Source: Nitrosopumilus sp. (GTDB taxonomy: Archaea; Thermoproteota; Nitrososphaeria; Nitrososphaerales; Nitrosopumilaceae). From it: a stretch of 64,000 nt of DNA. The DNA lies in assembly GCA_965205215.1 (NCBI GenBank), contig OZ242041.1, positions 288,001 to 352,000 on the forward strand, written 5' to 3'. Numbering within the stretch: position 1 is the stretch's first letter; each line of letters opens with the position of its first letter. Shown here piece after piece: positions 1-9,522 of the stretch. A program made the position numbers and the translations under genes. The notes beneath the pieces were generated by a model. The model had not been told where the DNA came from. It searched no databases and saw only the letters and a list, made by a program, of their open reading frames with translations.

Positions 1-1078
1 CCATCGTCTCGCACACGGAGCATATTCCGTTGTCTCCCCCCGTGCAGCTGGCGCCACACCGCGTGCACGAAGAGCGCCGCTTGCCGGCGGATTCTGTGGG
101 GGCGGGGATGGTGGCAGCAGGAGTGTCGGCGGCGCCGTCCGGCCTGCCGGCCCTCGGAGGCTCGGATGTCGCACAGCGATCATGGGCCATCTGTACGATC
201 CGGAGAACCGACGCGTACATGCTGTTCTTTATGCCGCTCCGCTCAGACTCCAGCGAGTTTAGGAACTCGCGTATCTCGGTCCTTATCCCCTCGTTCATGT
301 GGGGGCACGGCTCCTGCTGAAACGGGAGCCCGCTTGCAAACGCATAGAATACTATCTCCGACTCGTATATCTCGCAGAACGGCTTTATCCTCCGGGGGTT
401 TGCGCCGGCATCGGCCGCCGCCCCCGTCGCGCCGCCGGGGCCCATCCACGCGATCTTGTCGGTGTCGCCGGACAGCATGTTGATGAGAAATGTCTGCAGC
501 GTGTCGTCAAGGTTGTGCCCCGTCGCGACCGCATCGGCGCCCACGTCGGCCGCGGCGATGTCGATGGCCCTGCGCCTGAGCGTGCCGCATATGGAGCACG
601 ACGACATTCCCCGGGCTCCCTGCTGCTGCTGCCTCAGGCCGAGCGCCTCGTCGAGTGACACCTCGAAGAGGTCCTTGTACGCATACACCCTGTGCCCCAC
701 CCCCAGCGAGCCGCACACGTCGGACACTATCCCGAGCGCCTCGTCCCTGTATCCGGGGATCCCCTCGTCTATGGTTATGACGTCTATTCCAAAGTTGTGC
801 CTCTGCGACATCTCGTGCATTATCTGCAGCAGCGCAAGCGAGTCCTTGCCGCCGGATACCGCGACTGCCACCCTGTCCCCGTCCCTGATCATGCCATACT
901 TGGATATGGTCTTTGCGACCTTTCTTGATATCGAGTGCCTAAAGCATTTGGTGCACAGGGACTGCCCGGAGTACTTGCGCGTATACGCGGCGCGCTCGGC
1001 GCCGCACCGGTCGCACATGCTTGGCGCCCCGCCGGCGCCAAGGCCGCCGCCGGTCCGCGGGGTGGCCGGGGCGCTCAT
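1..1078 (-). CDS. tRNA 2-thiolation protein (NcsA/TtuA/Ctu1, TIGR00269-like PP-loop ATPase), 3' end runs off the window
   Basis: Manual translation (absent from the ORF track because it is open-ended): N-terminal CDRC...CTKC Zn motif, PP-loop SGGKDS, CSICGTLRR, ATGHNLDD and a C-terminal CTRC...CSVC. The ATG at 1078 overlaps the stop of the upstream protease gene (ATGA). Confidence 0.9.
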   Translation of the reverse strand, partial: MSAPATPRTGGGLGAGGAPSMCDRCGAERAAYTRKYSGQSLCTKCFRHSISRKVAKTISKYGMIRDGDRVAVAVSGGKDSLALLQIMHEMSQRHNFGIDVITIDEGIPGYRDEALGIVSDVCGSLGVGHRVYAYKDLFEVSLDEALGLRQQQQGARGMSSCSICGTLRRRAIDIAAADVGADAVATGHNLDDTLQTFLINMLSGDTDKIAWMGPGGATGAAADAGANPRRIKPFCEIYESEIVFYAFASGLPFQQEPCPHMNEGIRTEIREFLNSLESERSGIKNSMYASVLRIVQMAHDRCATSEPPRAGRPDGAADTPAATIPAPTESAGKRRSSCTRCGASCTGGDNGICSVCETM

Positions 1079-2298
1079 ATCGTAAACCATCCGGACTTCA
1101 GGTAGGACAGCGCTATGTTCAGCACGAACAGCACGAACGTGAACGCGTACGTCCCGATCATTACCACGGTGATCGCCCGCTCGGATATCCTCTCATCAAG
1201 TATGCTGTGGACGAACTTGCCGCCGTCGAGGATCGGAAGGGGCAGCATGTTGATTATCCCGATAAAGAACGATATCATCCACAGCCACAGCAGGAACATC
1301 GAGAACGCCGGATCGTTCCACTCGATAAAGTCCAGCACCGGCTTGTACGCAAGCGAGTTGTCGCGCATTATGCCGACCAGCCCCCTCTCCGGATCGTCAG
1401 GCGCCGGGGTTATCGGGACCTCGAACGACACGTACTGGCCGCTGCGCAGCACCTCCACGTCGGCCACATCCCCGGGCTCCAGCCGCGGAAAGTCAAGCGG
1501 CGTGGTTATCTCGGCTCCGTTTATCCTGGTGATTATGTCCCCTGACAGCATCCCGGCCCCTTCGGCGCCTGACCCCTCTATGACTGAGAGCACCAGTACG
1601 CCCTCGGGCAGCTCGTAAAAGGTCTCGCGGATTGGATCGGGCAGCACTATGGCAAACAGCGGGTTTGTAAGTAGTATGGCGCCGAGCGCGAGCGCAAAGA
1701 TGACGTTTGACGTGGCCCCCGCCCCGATGACGCGCAGCTTGGAGACGCGCTTTGCCTTTTTGAACTCGTCCTCGTCGGGCTCCACGAACCCCGCAAAGAG
1801 CGCGATGAATATGGCAAACCCGCCCGTCTTGATCTTTATCCTCTCAAGGGCGGCCACTATGCCGTGCGCCCCCTCATGTATCACCAGGACTATCGGGATG
1901 GACAAAAGAAAGTACATTATTGACGTGGCCGACGTCAGCGTGACGCCGGGTATGAGGACCGTCAGCTCTGCAAACTCGTCCTGCGCCACAAAATAGTTCG
2001 ATACGTTGTTCAGCAGGAACCAGAACGCAAAGCCCATCATCAGGAACCCGGCCACCACGCTCACGTCTGCAAAGACCCGTATTCCACGCCGGGTGCGGCC
2101 AAGCATCCGTACAAGCACCGAGTTGACTCCCGCGTTCTTGTACGTGAGGCTGTACGGGGTTATCGAGAACCCGTGCCGGTCAAGCCGGATCGCCTTCGCT
2201 ACAACCACGATGACAACCCACGCGATCAGGACGTAGATTATAGAGTTCTGGGTGATGGCGTCGAGATCCAACTGTTGGCCTGCCCTTGCGCCGTGCAT
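1075..2298 (-). CDS. Site-2 protease (M50 membrane metalloprotease) with PDZ domain
   Basis: HEGAH zinc motif, NMLPLPILDGG motif, multiple TM segments and a central PDZ-like region (GSGAEGAGMLSGDII). The true start may be TTG at 2271. Confidence 0.92.
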   Translation of the reverse strand: MHGARAGQQLDLDAITQNSIIYVLIAWVVIVVVAKAIRLDRHGFSITPYSLTYKNAGVNSVLVRMLGRTRRGIRVFADVSVVAGFLMMGFAFWFLLNNVSNYFVAQDEFAELTVLIPGVTLTSATSIMYFLLSIPIVLVIHEGAHGIVAALERIKIKTGGFAIFIALFAGFVEPDEDEFKKAKRVSKLRVIGAGATSNVIFALALGAILLTNPLFAIVLPDPIRETFYELPEGVLVLSVIEGSGAEGAGMLSGDIITRINGAEITTPLDFPRLEPGDVADVEVLRSGQYVSFEVPITPAPDDPERGLVGIMRDNSLAYKPVLDFIEWNDPAFSMFLLWLWMISFFIGIINMLPLPILDGGKFVHSILDERISERAITVVMIGTYAFTFVLFVLNIALSYLKSGWFTI

Positions 2299-2802
2299 TT
2301 ATCGGTTACTGTAAGCGGGCGCACACAAGGAGTGACAGGCCTGCGCGTCGGCCACTCAAGGCTCTTGCGGCCTAGAGTGTGTGTCTTTGCCAATGGCCTT
2401 AGACGCACACGACGGCTCAGTCTGCGCATGCCTGCTTGAGTCCGGCATCATTTGACGCTTTGTATTGCGTATGGCAGGCGCGAAAGCGGCCACTAACGGT
2501 GATCTACTTGTCATGCATGTTCATATTAGCGCCATGCCGAGAACGGGGCTTTATAGCCGCCGGACAAAGACGATGCCCGGCACTTTCCAGTTCGTGAGCT
2601 CCTGCCTGCGCGCCTACTCGATGGCCGGCTGGAATCACGTAGGCCGCAATAATGGGAATGCGCGCGTGGAATTGCAGATTGTACAAGAAACGTGGATCTC
2701 AAGACGGACGCATTTGGCAGAGAAATGGAAGCGAATTAGGGGCAGGCAAAACCCATGAATTAGAAGCAGTATCCAACCAAAGGTCTTCTAGGTAAAAGAC
2801 GG

Positions 2803-4677
2803 CTACCTGCAAACCAATACCTTGGCAGAGAAGTTGTCGTTAATCCTTGGATCGGGAGACAATGCCACAGCAGGCCTCTTGAGGTCAGCGGTTCCGTCCA
2901 GCAGTGTCTCGAAGTAGTCGTATGCCTTTGCGCCTACATCGCCACAGAGGTTCAGTGATGCGTCTACGGCGTCCCTAAAGTGCACGCCGCTCCACACGCG
3001 GCTGTCGCCGCAAGCCTCCTTGTATTCGGTCCATGTGTTAAATGAGACGTATAGATTGTTTCTCGGTGTTGTGCCGGGCTCATGTACCGAACTTCCTGCG
3101 CGCAGTATGCCGGCCAAGTCATTACCAAAGTTGCCATCTCCGTTGACGTCGGGAATGGTATCGCTACCGCCGTGGTACCTCTTCCATGCCTCCGCCTGGG
3201 CTGCACAGAAGCAAGTCGTGGCCGAGGGATACTCTGGATGGTCGCTCGTGATCACGTAGGGTTGCCAGTTTTCTCCCTGGACCTGTCCATCGTAACGGTC
3301 AACCGTCTGGCCGTCATAGAGATACTGGATTGCCGTTATGGGTCGTACGGCGTCATGCCGGGTCTTTTCCTGCCATGTGACAATGCCCGCGTCAAACTGT
3401 GCAATGTGCAGCATAAAGTCCAACTGCCAGAAGTCCCGGGTGTTCAGACAGTCAGCATAGGGCACGGGTAGTCCATTCTGAGGAGGTGCAAGGGACGGCG
3501 GGCACGCGTTGGTCGCAACAAGAGCACGCTTGTCGCCTGTTGCCAAGGCCTCCACTGCGGGGAAGAACAGCGTTTCGCGAGCCTTGTTGTCAAAGTATTC
3601 GGCCAGCATCTTTTGTTCTTCGGTCAAGGCCGCAACCGCATCCAACACTTCCTGTGCCTGCGCCTTGTAGTCCTGCGGGTTTGAGTAATAGTCGCTCTTT
3701 ACGGGATCCGGCGTGCGGTAGTCGCGCGGGTCTAGCCCAACGGTATACGGCTCTGTGTTGGCCCACTGCGGGGTGATGTACTGCTGCACCCATGACGCAC
3801 CATCGCTAGCGGTCAGACTCAACGGCTGCCACCGTGACAGATCCACCAAGTTATCGGCGGTGTTGACGGGCGTGTAACCGGTCGTGTCCAAGAACTCACC
3901 GGCGGTCGTCCCATCAAAGTTCTGGTTAAAGCCGTCGTTTATGCGCCCATCCATGACACACTGGGCGGCAATGTTGCCGATAGCGATAGCCGCTTGTCTA
4001 GCGGTTGTAAAGGAAGACAGATCCGGATTGTCGCATCCTAGGCCAATGCCCACATCGACGTCGTTTGGATCAAGTCCGTTGTCAGTCAGCATCCTATCCC
4101 ACTGCCCCTTGTAACTTGCGTCGAATGCCATTGCAAGGCGGTACATCGCTTGTATTGATGCAATGTTCATGTTCTCGCTGTTCGCATACTCGGTTGTGGG
4201 GCGGTTAGCTATGTGCGAATAGACGCCCTTGGCATTTTGGCTATAAGGCGCCGTGGCATCATAGCCTACATTCAGTATAATTGTGACATAGCGGAACGCC
4301 AGAGACGGCTCGGCAAAGTTAGGCGAGATCTCTTCGTAAATCCAAGTCCCAAGGTTTGGTATGACCACACCAAAGACGGCGTTTCCGTCAGTCATGGTGA
4401 AGGTTGGATTGTTATAGGAGCCTGGAGGATTAGTGGGAAAGGGGTACGGTGGGAACGGTGGGAACGGTGCGTTTACGTCATTACTCACATCAAAGTTCAT
4501 ATAGTTTCCGCGGGCAAAGGGCGAACCAACCTGTGCCATCGCTTCTTGGGCAGTGGCAGACTCTGTGCCGAGTTCGTCGCTTACGTAAAAGTCAATTGCA
4601 AGTACTGATCCAGCCGCAACTGCTGCTACCAGCACGAAAGCATGTACGATGGTTCCTGTTGTTCCCATTCTAAACAA
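2803..4677 (-). CDS. Secreted vanadium-dependent haloperoxidase-like / PAP2-superfamily protein (DUF6851-type)
   Basis: Hydrophobic N-terminal signal/anchor. PAP2/VHPO motifs K-x6-RP (EKTRHDAVRP), HPEYPSAT and SRVWSGVHF. Visibly more AT-rich codon usage than neighbouring genes. Confidence 0.78.
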   Translation of the reverse strand: MFRMGTTGTIVHAFVLVAAVAAGSVLAIDFYVSDELGTESATAQEAMAQVGSPFARGNYMNFDVSNDVNAPFPPFPPYPFPTNPPGSYNNPTFTMTDGNAVFGVVIPNLGTWIYEEISPNFAEPSLAFRYVTIILNVGYDATAPYSQNAKGVYSHIANRPTTEYANSENMNIASIQAMYRLAMAFDASYKGQWDRMLTDNGLDPNDVDVGIGLGCDNPDLSSFTTARQAAIAIGNIAAQCVMDGRINDGFNQNFDGTTAGEFLDTTGYTPVNTADNLVDLSRWQPLSLTASDGASWVQQYITPQWANTEPYTVGLDPRDYRTPDPVKSDYYSNPQDYKAQAQEVLDAVAALTEEQKMLAEYFDNKARETLFFPAVEALATGDKRALVATNACPPSLAPPQNGLPVPYADCLNTRDFWQLDFMLHIAQFDAGIVTWQEKTRHDAVRPITAIQYLYDGQTVDRYDGQVQGENWQPYVITSDHPEYPSATTCFCAAQAEAWKRYHGGSDTIPDVNGDGNFGNDLAGILRAGSSVHEPGTTPRNNLYVSFNTWTEYKEACGDSRVWSGVHFRDAVDASLNLCGDVGAKAYDYFETLLDGTADLKRPAVALSPDPRINDNFSAKVLVCR

Positions 4678-5125
4678 GGGTCACGATGTGGGTATAAAAA
4701 AGTATCGAACCCATGCTGTACGCACTCGGATCGACTGAATCGTGCCTGAAATCGCAAAACTTGGGGTGCACTCAGGCACGAACTCGAAACCGGCCTGAGC
4801 GTGTACCCATACTGTGTGGCAGTCCCGCCTAGAAAATGGCGGAATGTCAATGATCGGGCCATGCGATCAGGATCCGGACGCGTCTTGACGGCCGACTCGT
4901 GTCTGGATGCTTGGCCGTGCCCGCATGGCCGAGACGGCGGCGTGGTGGCAGTGGATCCCCAGAAACATGTCAAGGTGGGCGAGATGCTGACGATGCACGG
5001 ACAGGGGCCGCGTGAGGTGTAACCGAAAAAAACTCAACTGCCGCAAGAACAGACGTCCCTCAGTTACACCAACGGCCCGTTTGTCCCCTTGGCCATCGCA
5101 AGTCTAGTACGCAGTAGGGATGTGG

Positions 5126-5529
5126 ACAGATCCGGGGCGTGTGCAGCAAGTCGCTTGGAGACGACAATTCGTCCAAACTCCGTTACGCAGGAGGATCCTG
5201 AAAGCTTGACGCGTCCATTGACGGGTTAGAGGATGCAGAAAAGAAAGTGTGGCTACAGGCATCAGTGGCGGCAGGGAAGGGTAAGCCGGAACCATCACGG
5301 CGCGTGACGGGGGGAAAGTACGACTCCGTCCTGAGCCGTCCGGACTCGCCCTCACCATCCGCGCGGAGTGCATGCGGGACGAACACCGCGTGGGAAAGTC
5401 GTTTCGCAAGATGCACGTAACGGCTGACATGAAGTCTGCCGGCCGAGCCCGGCATACGTCACGTATGTAGGATAAGGCACTTGCCAACGGGAGGCCTGAA
5501 AGGCTGCACGCGAGATACAGTACAGATCC
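5126..5529 (+). ncRNA. Candidate structured non-coding RNA or non-autonomous element (unidentified family)
   Basis: Nested long-range helices (5138-5147/5503-5512, 5180-5187/5416-5423, 5368-5382/5399-5416) plus several hairpins. G-U pairs favour the + strand. Bounded by ACAGATCC at 5126-5133 and 5522-5529 and followed by a polypyrimidine tract. Confidence 0.45.
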
Positions 5530-5839
5530 TTTCCCTTCCTTTCCCCCCTCCCCCCTCCCACGAATCCAAGTCCATTGATGAGATCCCACGGGCCTGTTCA
5601 CGCGATGCCAACTGGCGTGTCGCGCATGTCGGTTGAGGAACCGCGGTGGCGCCTGCAGTAATTTGAAAGGGGGCGGCACCGCGGGGAGAAACTACGACGG
5701 CCGCGGATTAACAGACGCAGGGATTGGTGAAGAACACGATGCCGTTGACGGCGGGAGAAGGAAGGAGGCCAATTCTTGAACCCCGCAACCTCCAACCAAT
5801 CTGACAAAGGTATAAAATGTAGGCAGGGTCATTCCACAC

Positions 5840-8026
5840 ATGAGTCAGAGCGGGCTGTCCCTCAAAGTACTGGAGGCATACACCAGGGACGTGGGAAGGG
5901 GCGTCGCAAGGATAGACTACGACTCGATGGACACGCTTGGCGCCTCTACCGGCGACGTAATCGAGATAAAGGGAAAGCGCCGAACTGTTGCAAAGTGCCT
6001 TCCGCTCTACCCGTCAGACGAGGGCAAGGGGATCATAAGGATTGACGGTTTGGGCCGCAACAACTCCGGCATCGCGATAGGCGACACCATCATGGTCAAA
6101 AAGATAAAGGCAGTCGCGGCCGAGAGGGTGGTGGTGGCCCCGCTGGAGTCGATACCCCCCATCGACGAGAGGTACCTGGCCGACGCGCTCGAGAGCGTCC
6201 CGCTGATAAAGGGCGACAACGTGATGGTCCCGTACTTTGGCGGCAGGCTGACGTTCCAGGTCATATCGGTTACGCCGGGATCCGACGCGGTGCTGATCAC
6301 GCAAAAGACCACGTTCACCATAGCAGAAAAGGGCGAGACCCTCCGCGGCGTGCCCCAGGTCACATACGAGGACATCGGCGGCCTGACAGACGAGATCAAA
6401 AAGGTCAGGGAGATGATAGAGCTTCCGCTCAGGCACCCCGAGATATTCGAAAAGCTCGGCATAGAGGCGCCAAAGGGCGTCCTGCTCTACGGTCCGCCTG
6501 GCACCGGAAAGACGCTGCTTGCAAAGGCCGTCGCAAACGAGAGCAACGCCCACTTTATCAGCATATCGGGGCCCGAGATAATGAGCAAGTTTTACGGAGA
6601 GAGCGAGGCCCGCCTCAGGGAGATATTCAAGGAGGCGAGGGAAAAGGCCCCGTCGATAATATTCGTAGACGAGATAGACTCGATCGCCCCAAAGCGCGAG
6701 GAGGTCACGGGGGAGGTGGAGCGCAGGGTCGTCTCGCAGATGCTCTCCCTCATGGACGGCCTCGAGGCCCGGGGCAAGGTCATAGTGATATCTGCCACCA
6801 ACCGCCCCAACGCGATAGACCCGGCCCTGAGGAGGCCCGGCAGGTTCGACCGCGAGATCGAGATCAAGGTGCCGGACAAGAAGGGCCGCAAGGACATACT
6901 TGCAATACACAGCCGCAACATGCCGCTTGACGACGACGTCAACACGGACAAGATATCCGCGATAAGCCACGGGTACGTCGGCGCGGACCTCGAGTACCTG
7001 TGCAAGGAGGCCGCAATGAAGTGCCTCAGGAGGCTGCTGCCCATACTGAACTTGGAGGAGGAGAAGATCCCGCCCGAGACGCTTGACAAGCTGGTGGTGA
7101 ACCACGAGGACTTTACAAAGGCCCTCATAGAGGTCACGCCGTCCGGCATGCGCGAGGTCTTCATAGAGAACCCCGACGTAAAGTGGGAGGAGGTCGGCGG
7201 ACTGGAGGACGTAAAGAGGGACCTGCAGGAGGCAGTCGAGTGGCCCATGAAGTATCCCGGGCTGTACGACAAGCTCGGGCACAACATGCCCCGCGGCATA
7301 CTGCTGCACGGGCCCAGCGGTACCGGAAAGACGCTGCTTGCAAAGGCCGTCGCCACCCAGAGCGAGGCCAACTTCGTGTCGGTCAGGGGGCCCGAGCTGC
7401 TCTCAAAGTGGGTCGGCGAGTCCGAGCGCGGCATACGCGAGATATTCAAGCGCGCGCGCCAGTCGGCGCCGTGCGTGGTGTTCTTCGACGAGATAGACTC
7501 CATCGCGCCGGTCAGGGGCGCCGGGGGCGAGACGGCCGTGACTGAGCGCGTCGTCTCCCAGCTGCTCACCGAGCTGGACGGCATGGAGAACATGCACGGG
7601 GTGGTGGTGCTGGCCGCCACCAACAGGGCCGACATGATAGACCCCGCCCTGCTGAGGCCCGGAAGGTTCGACAAGATAATACAGATTCCGCTGCCCGACA
7701 AGGAGAGCCGCAAGAGCATACTGCGCATAAACGCCAAGAAGATCCCGACCGTCGACAGCCCCGACGACCCGCAACACGTCAACTTTGACAAGATTGCCGA
7801 GATGACCGACGGCATGAGTGGCGCCGACACCGCGTCCATAGCAAACACGGCAGTCTCGCTCGTGATACACGAGTTCCTCGACGCCTACCCCGACGTAAAG
7901 GACGTGGAGAAGAAGAGCACCGAGGCCAGGGTTACGATGCGGCACTTTGAGGAGGCCGTCAAGAAGGTCAGGGAGCAGAAGGACCTTAAGATAGGCGAGA
8001 AGCTGGCCGTCTCTTACTACAGATAA
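5840..8026 (+). CDS. cdc48: CDC48/VAT family AAA+ ATPase
   Basis: N-domain plus two AAA modules (GPPGTGKT and GPSGTGKT Walker A; DEID Walker B; RPGRFD SRH). C-terminal ...YYR HbYX-like tail. TATA-like GGTATAAAA about 25-30 nt upstream. Confidence 0.97.
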   Translation: MSQSGLSLKVLEAYTRDVGRGVARIDYDSMDTLGASTGDVIEIKGKRRTVAKCLPLYPSDEGKGIIRIDGLGRNNSGIAIGDTIMVKKIKAVAAERVVVAPLESIPPIDERYLADALESVPLIKGDNVMVPYFGGRLTFQVISVTPGSDAVLITQKTTFTIAEKGETLRGVPQVTYEDIGGLTDEIKKVREMIELPLRHPEIFEKLGIEAPKGVLLYGPPGTGKTLLAKAVANESNAHFISISGPEIMSKFYGESEARLREIFKEAREKAPSIIFVDEIDSIAPKREEVTGEVERRVVSQMLSLMDGLEARGKVIVISATNRPNAIDPALRRPGRFDREIEIKVPDKKGRKDILAIHSRNMPLDDDVNTDKISAISHGYVGADLEYLCKEAAMKCLRRLLPILNLEEEKIPPETLDKLVVNHEDFTKALIEVTPSGMREVFIENPDVKWEEVGGLEDVKRDLQEAVEWPMKYPGLYDKLGHNMPRGILLHGPSGTGKTLLAKAVATQSEANFVSVRGPELLSKWVGESERGIREIFKRARQSAPCVVFFDEIDSIAPVRGAGGETAVTERVVSQLLTELDGMENMHGVVVLAATNRADMIDPALLRPGRFDKIIQIPLPDKESRKSILRINAKKIPTVDSPDDPQHVNFDKIAEMTDGMSGADTASIANTAVSLVIHEFLDAYPDVKDVEKKSTEARVTMRHFEEAVKKVREQKDLKIGEKLAVSYYR

Positions 8027-8049
8027 TTAATTAAGATGGCAGGGGCAGT

Positions 8050-9522
8050 TTGTCTGCCATGAACGATACGGGCGGATACCGCGGCGCTGCGCTGCGGGCG
8101 CTGAACGACGCGGGCGCCGCAGTCGGGGACTCCGTCGTCATAACCTACAAGGACGGCACCAGGCGCGCTGGACTCCTAATGCCCAGGTACGAGCACGACG
8201 ACGACGCGCACGTCGTGGCAAAGCTGAGCAGCGGGTACAATGCGGGCATCGACGTTGACCTGATAAGAGAGATCTCAGTGGACAGGCGCAGCGCCGTCAC
8301 GGACATGGGGAAGGGGGACGGCAGCAACAGTGGCAATGGCGGCGGCGCAGACGGCGACGCCTCGGCCGCGGATCCACCCAGAACGGCGGCCCGAAACCGC
8401 GCAGGAGAGAAGAGGATACTGCTGCTCTCGACCGGCGGCACGATAGCAAGCAGAATAGACTACAGAACCGGAGCCGTGACCCCCGTGCTGTCGGCCTCGG
8501 ACCTGCTCGACTCCATACCGGAGCTGGCCGACATAGCCGAGATAGACTCGGAGGTGGTGATATCCGAGTATTCTGAGAACATAATGCCGGAGCACTGGCT
8601 GACGCTTGCGCGGCGCATAGACGAGCGCGCCGCGGGCCTCGGCGCCGGCGACGCCGCGGTGGGGGGTGACGGCGGCAAGTCCGATACCGCCACCGCCGCA
8701 TCAACAGCAGGAGGCGGCAGGCCGTACGCGGGCATCATAGTGGCGCACGGAACCGACACGATGCACTACACGTCCGCGTTCCTGTCGTTTGCGCTTGCGG
8801 GGCTCCCGATTCCCGTCGTCCTAGTGGGCGCGCAGAGGTCGTCGGACAGGGCGTCGTCGGACGCCGCGACCAACCTGATCGGGGCCGCAAGGTTTATTGC
8901 TTCACATAGCGGCGGCGGCGTCTACGTCGCAATGCACGGCGGCTCCGGGGACGACGAGATAGCGTGCCACGTAGGCACCAAGGTCAGAAAGAACCACACA
9001 AGCAGGAGGGACGCCTTTGAGACCATAGGCGGCAGGCCGGCGTTTGTCGTATCTGCCGACGGTGGCATATCCCCGGATAGTCCGGATGGCGCAGGCCGGC
9101 CGCGTCCCGGCCCCGAATACAGTCCCAAGATATCGCTCGACCAGAGGGTTGCGCTCGTAAAGTATCACCCCGGGTACGACCCGGCCCACTTGGGGCACAT
9201 AATCGACTCCGGATGCAGGGCCATAATATTCGAGGGGACCGGCCTGGGACACGTGGGAAGGGCCGTGTACGGGCAGGTCGCAAGGGCCGGCGAGCGCGGC
9301 GTGTTCATGGGTATGACGTCGCAGTGCATAGACGGCAGGACGGCGATGACAGTATACGAGAGCGGGCGCGATCTAATGGAGATGGGAGTGGTGCCGCTCG
9401 GTGACATGATACCGGAGGTCGCCCTGGTAAAGGCCATGTGGGCCGCCTCGCTGGCGGAGGACTCAGAGGGAATCAAAAGGATAATGCTTGAAAACGTCGC
9501 GTCGGAGATGACCGCACGGTGA
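8050..9522 (+). CDS. gatD: Glu-tRNA(Gln) amidotransferase subunit D
   Basis: Asparaginase-like motifs STGGTIASRIDY, HGTDTM and GAQRSSDR. Overlaps gatE. Confidence 0.96.
   Translation: MSAMNDTGGYRGAALRALNDAGAAVGDSVVITYKDGTRRAGLLMPRYEHDDDAHVVAKLSSGYNAGIDVDLIREISVDRRSAVTDMGKGDGSNSGNGGGADGDASAADPPRTAARNRAGEKRILLLSTGGTIASRIDYRTGAVTPVLSASDLLDSIPELADIAEIDSEVVISEYSENIMPEHWLTLARRIDERAAGLGAGDAAVGGDGGKSDTATAASTAGGGRPYAGIIVAHGTDTMHYTSAFLSFALAGLPIPVVLVGAQRSSDRASSDAATNLIGAARFIASHSGGGVYVAMHGGSGDDEIACHVGTKVRKNHTSRRDAFETIGGRPAFVVSADGGISPDSPDGAGRPRPGPEYSPKISLDQRVALVKYHPGYDPAHLGHIIDSGCRAIIFEGTGLGHVGRAVYGQVARAGERGVFMGMTSQCIDGRTAMTVYESGRDLMEMGVVPLGDMIPEVALVKAMWAASLAEDSEGIKRIMLENVASEMTAR

Noticed and set aside
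4740-4781. 10-bp inverted repeat TCGTGCCTGA/TCAGGCACGA upstream of the haloperoxidase-like gene
   Set aside because: An isolated single stem with a 22-nt spacer. It could be an operator, but nothing else supports it.
5126-5529. Identifying the structured element as RNase P RNA, SRP RNA, or a group I/II intron
   Set aside because: No GAGGAAA.UCC / AACAGAA..CGGCUUA pair, no SRP helix-8 CAGG...GGAA...AGCA, no group II domain V and no complete P/Q/R/S set. Resemblances such as the GTGTG start and GAGATACAGT are too short.
5104-5679. ORF-track ORFs in the 4.7-5.8 kb gap (e.g. 191 aa on the minus strand)
   Set aside because: No recognisable motifs, Arg/Ser/Pro-rich composition, and they cross a polypurine tract. 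They are likely spurious.
6014-7848. Long antisense ORFs opposite cdc48 (and similar ones opposite gatE, ureC, dur3, rad50 and lhr)
   Set aside because: These are shadow ORFs expected from high GC3 codon bias, and they carry no protein motifs.
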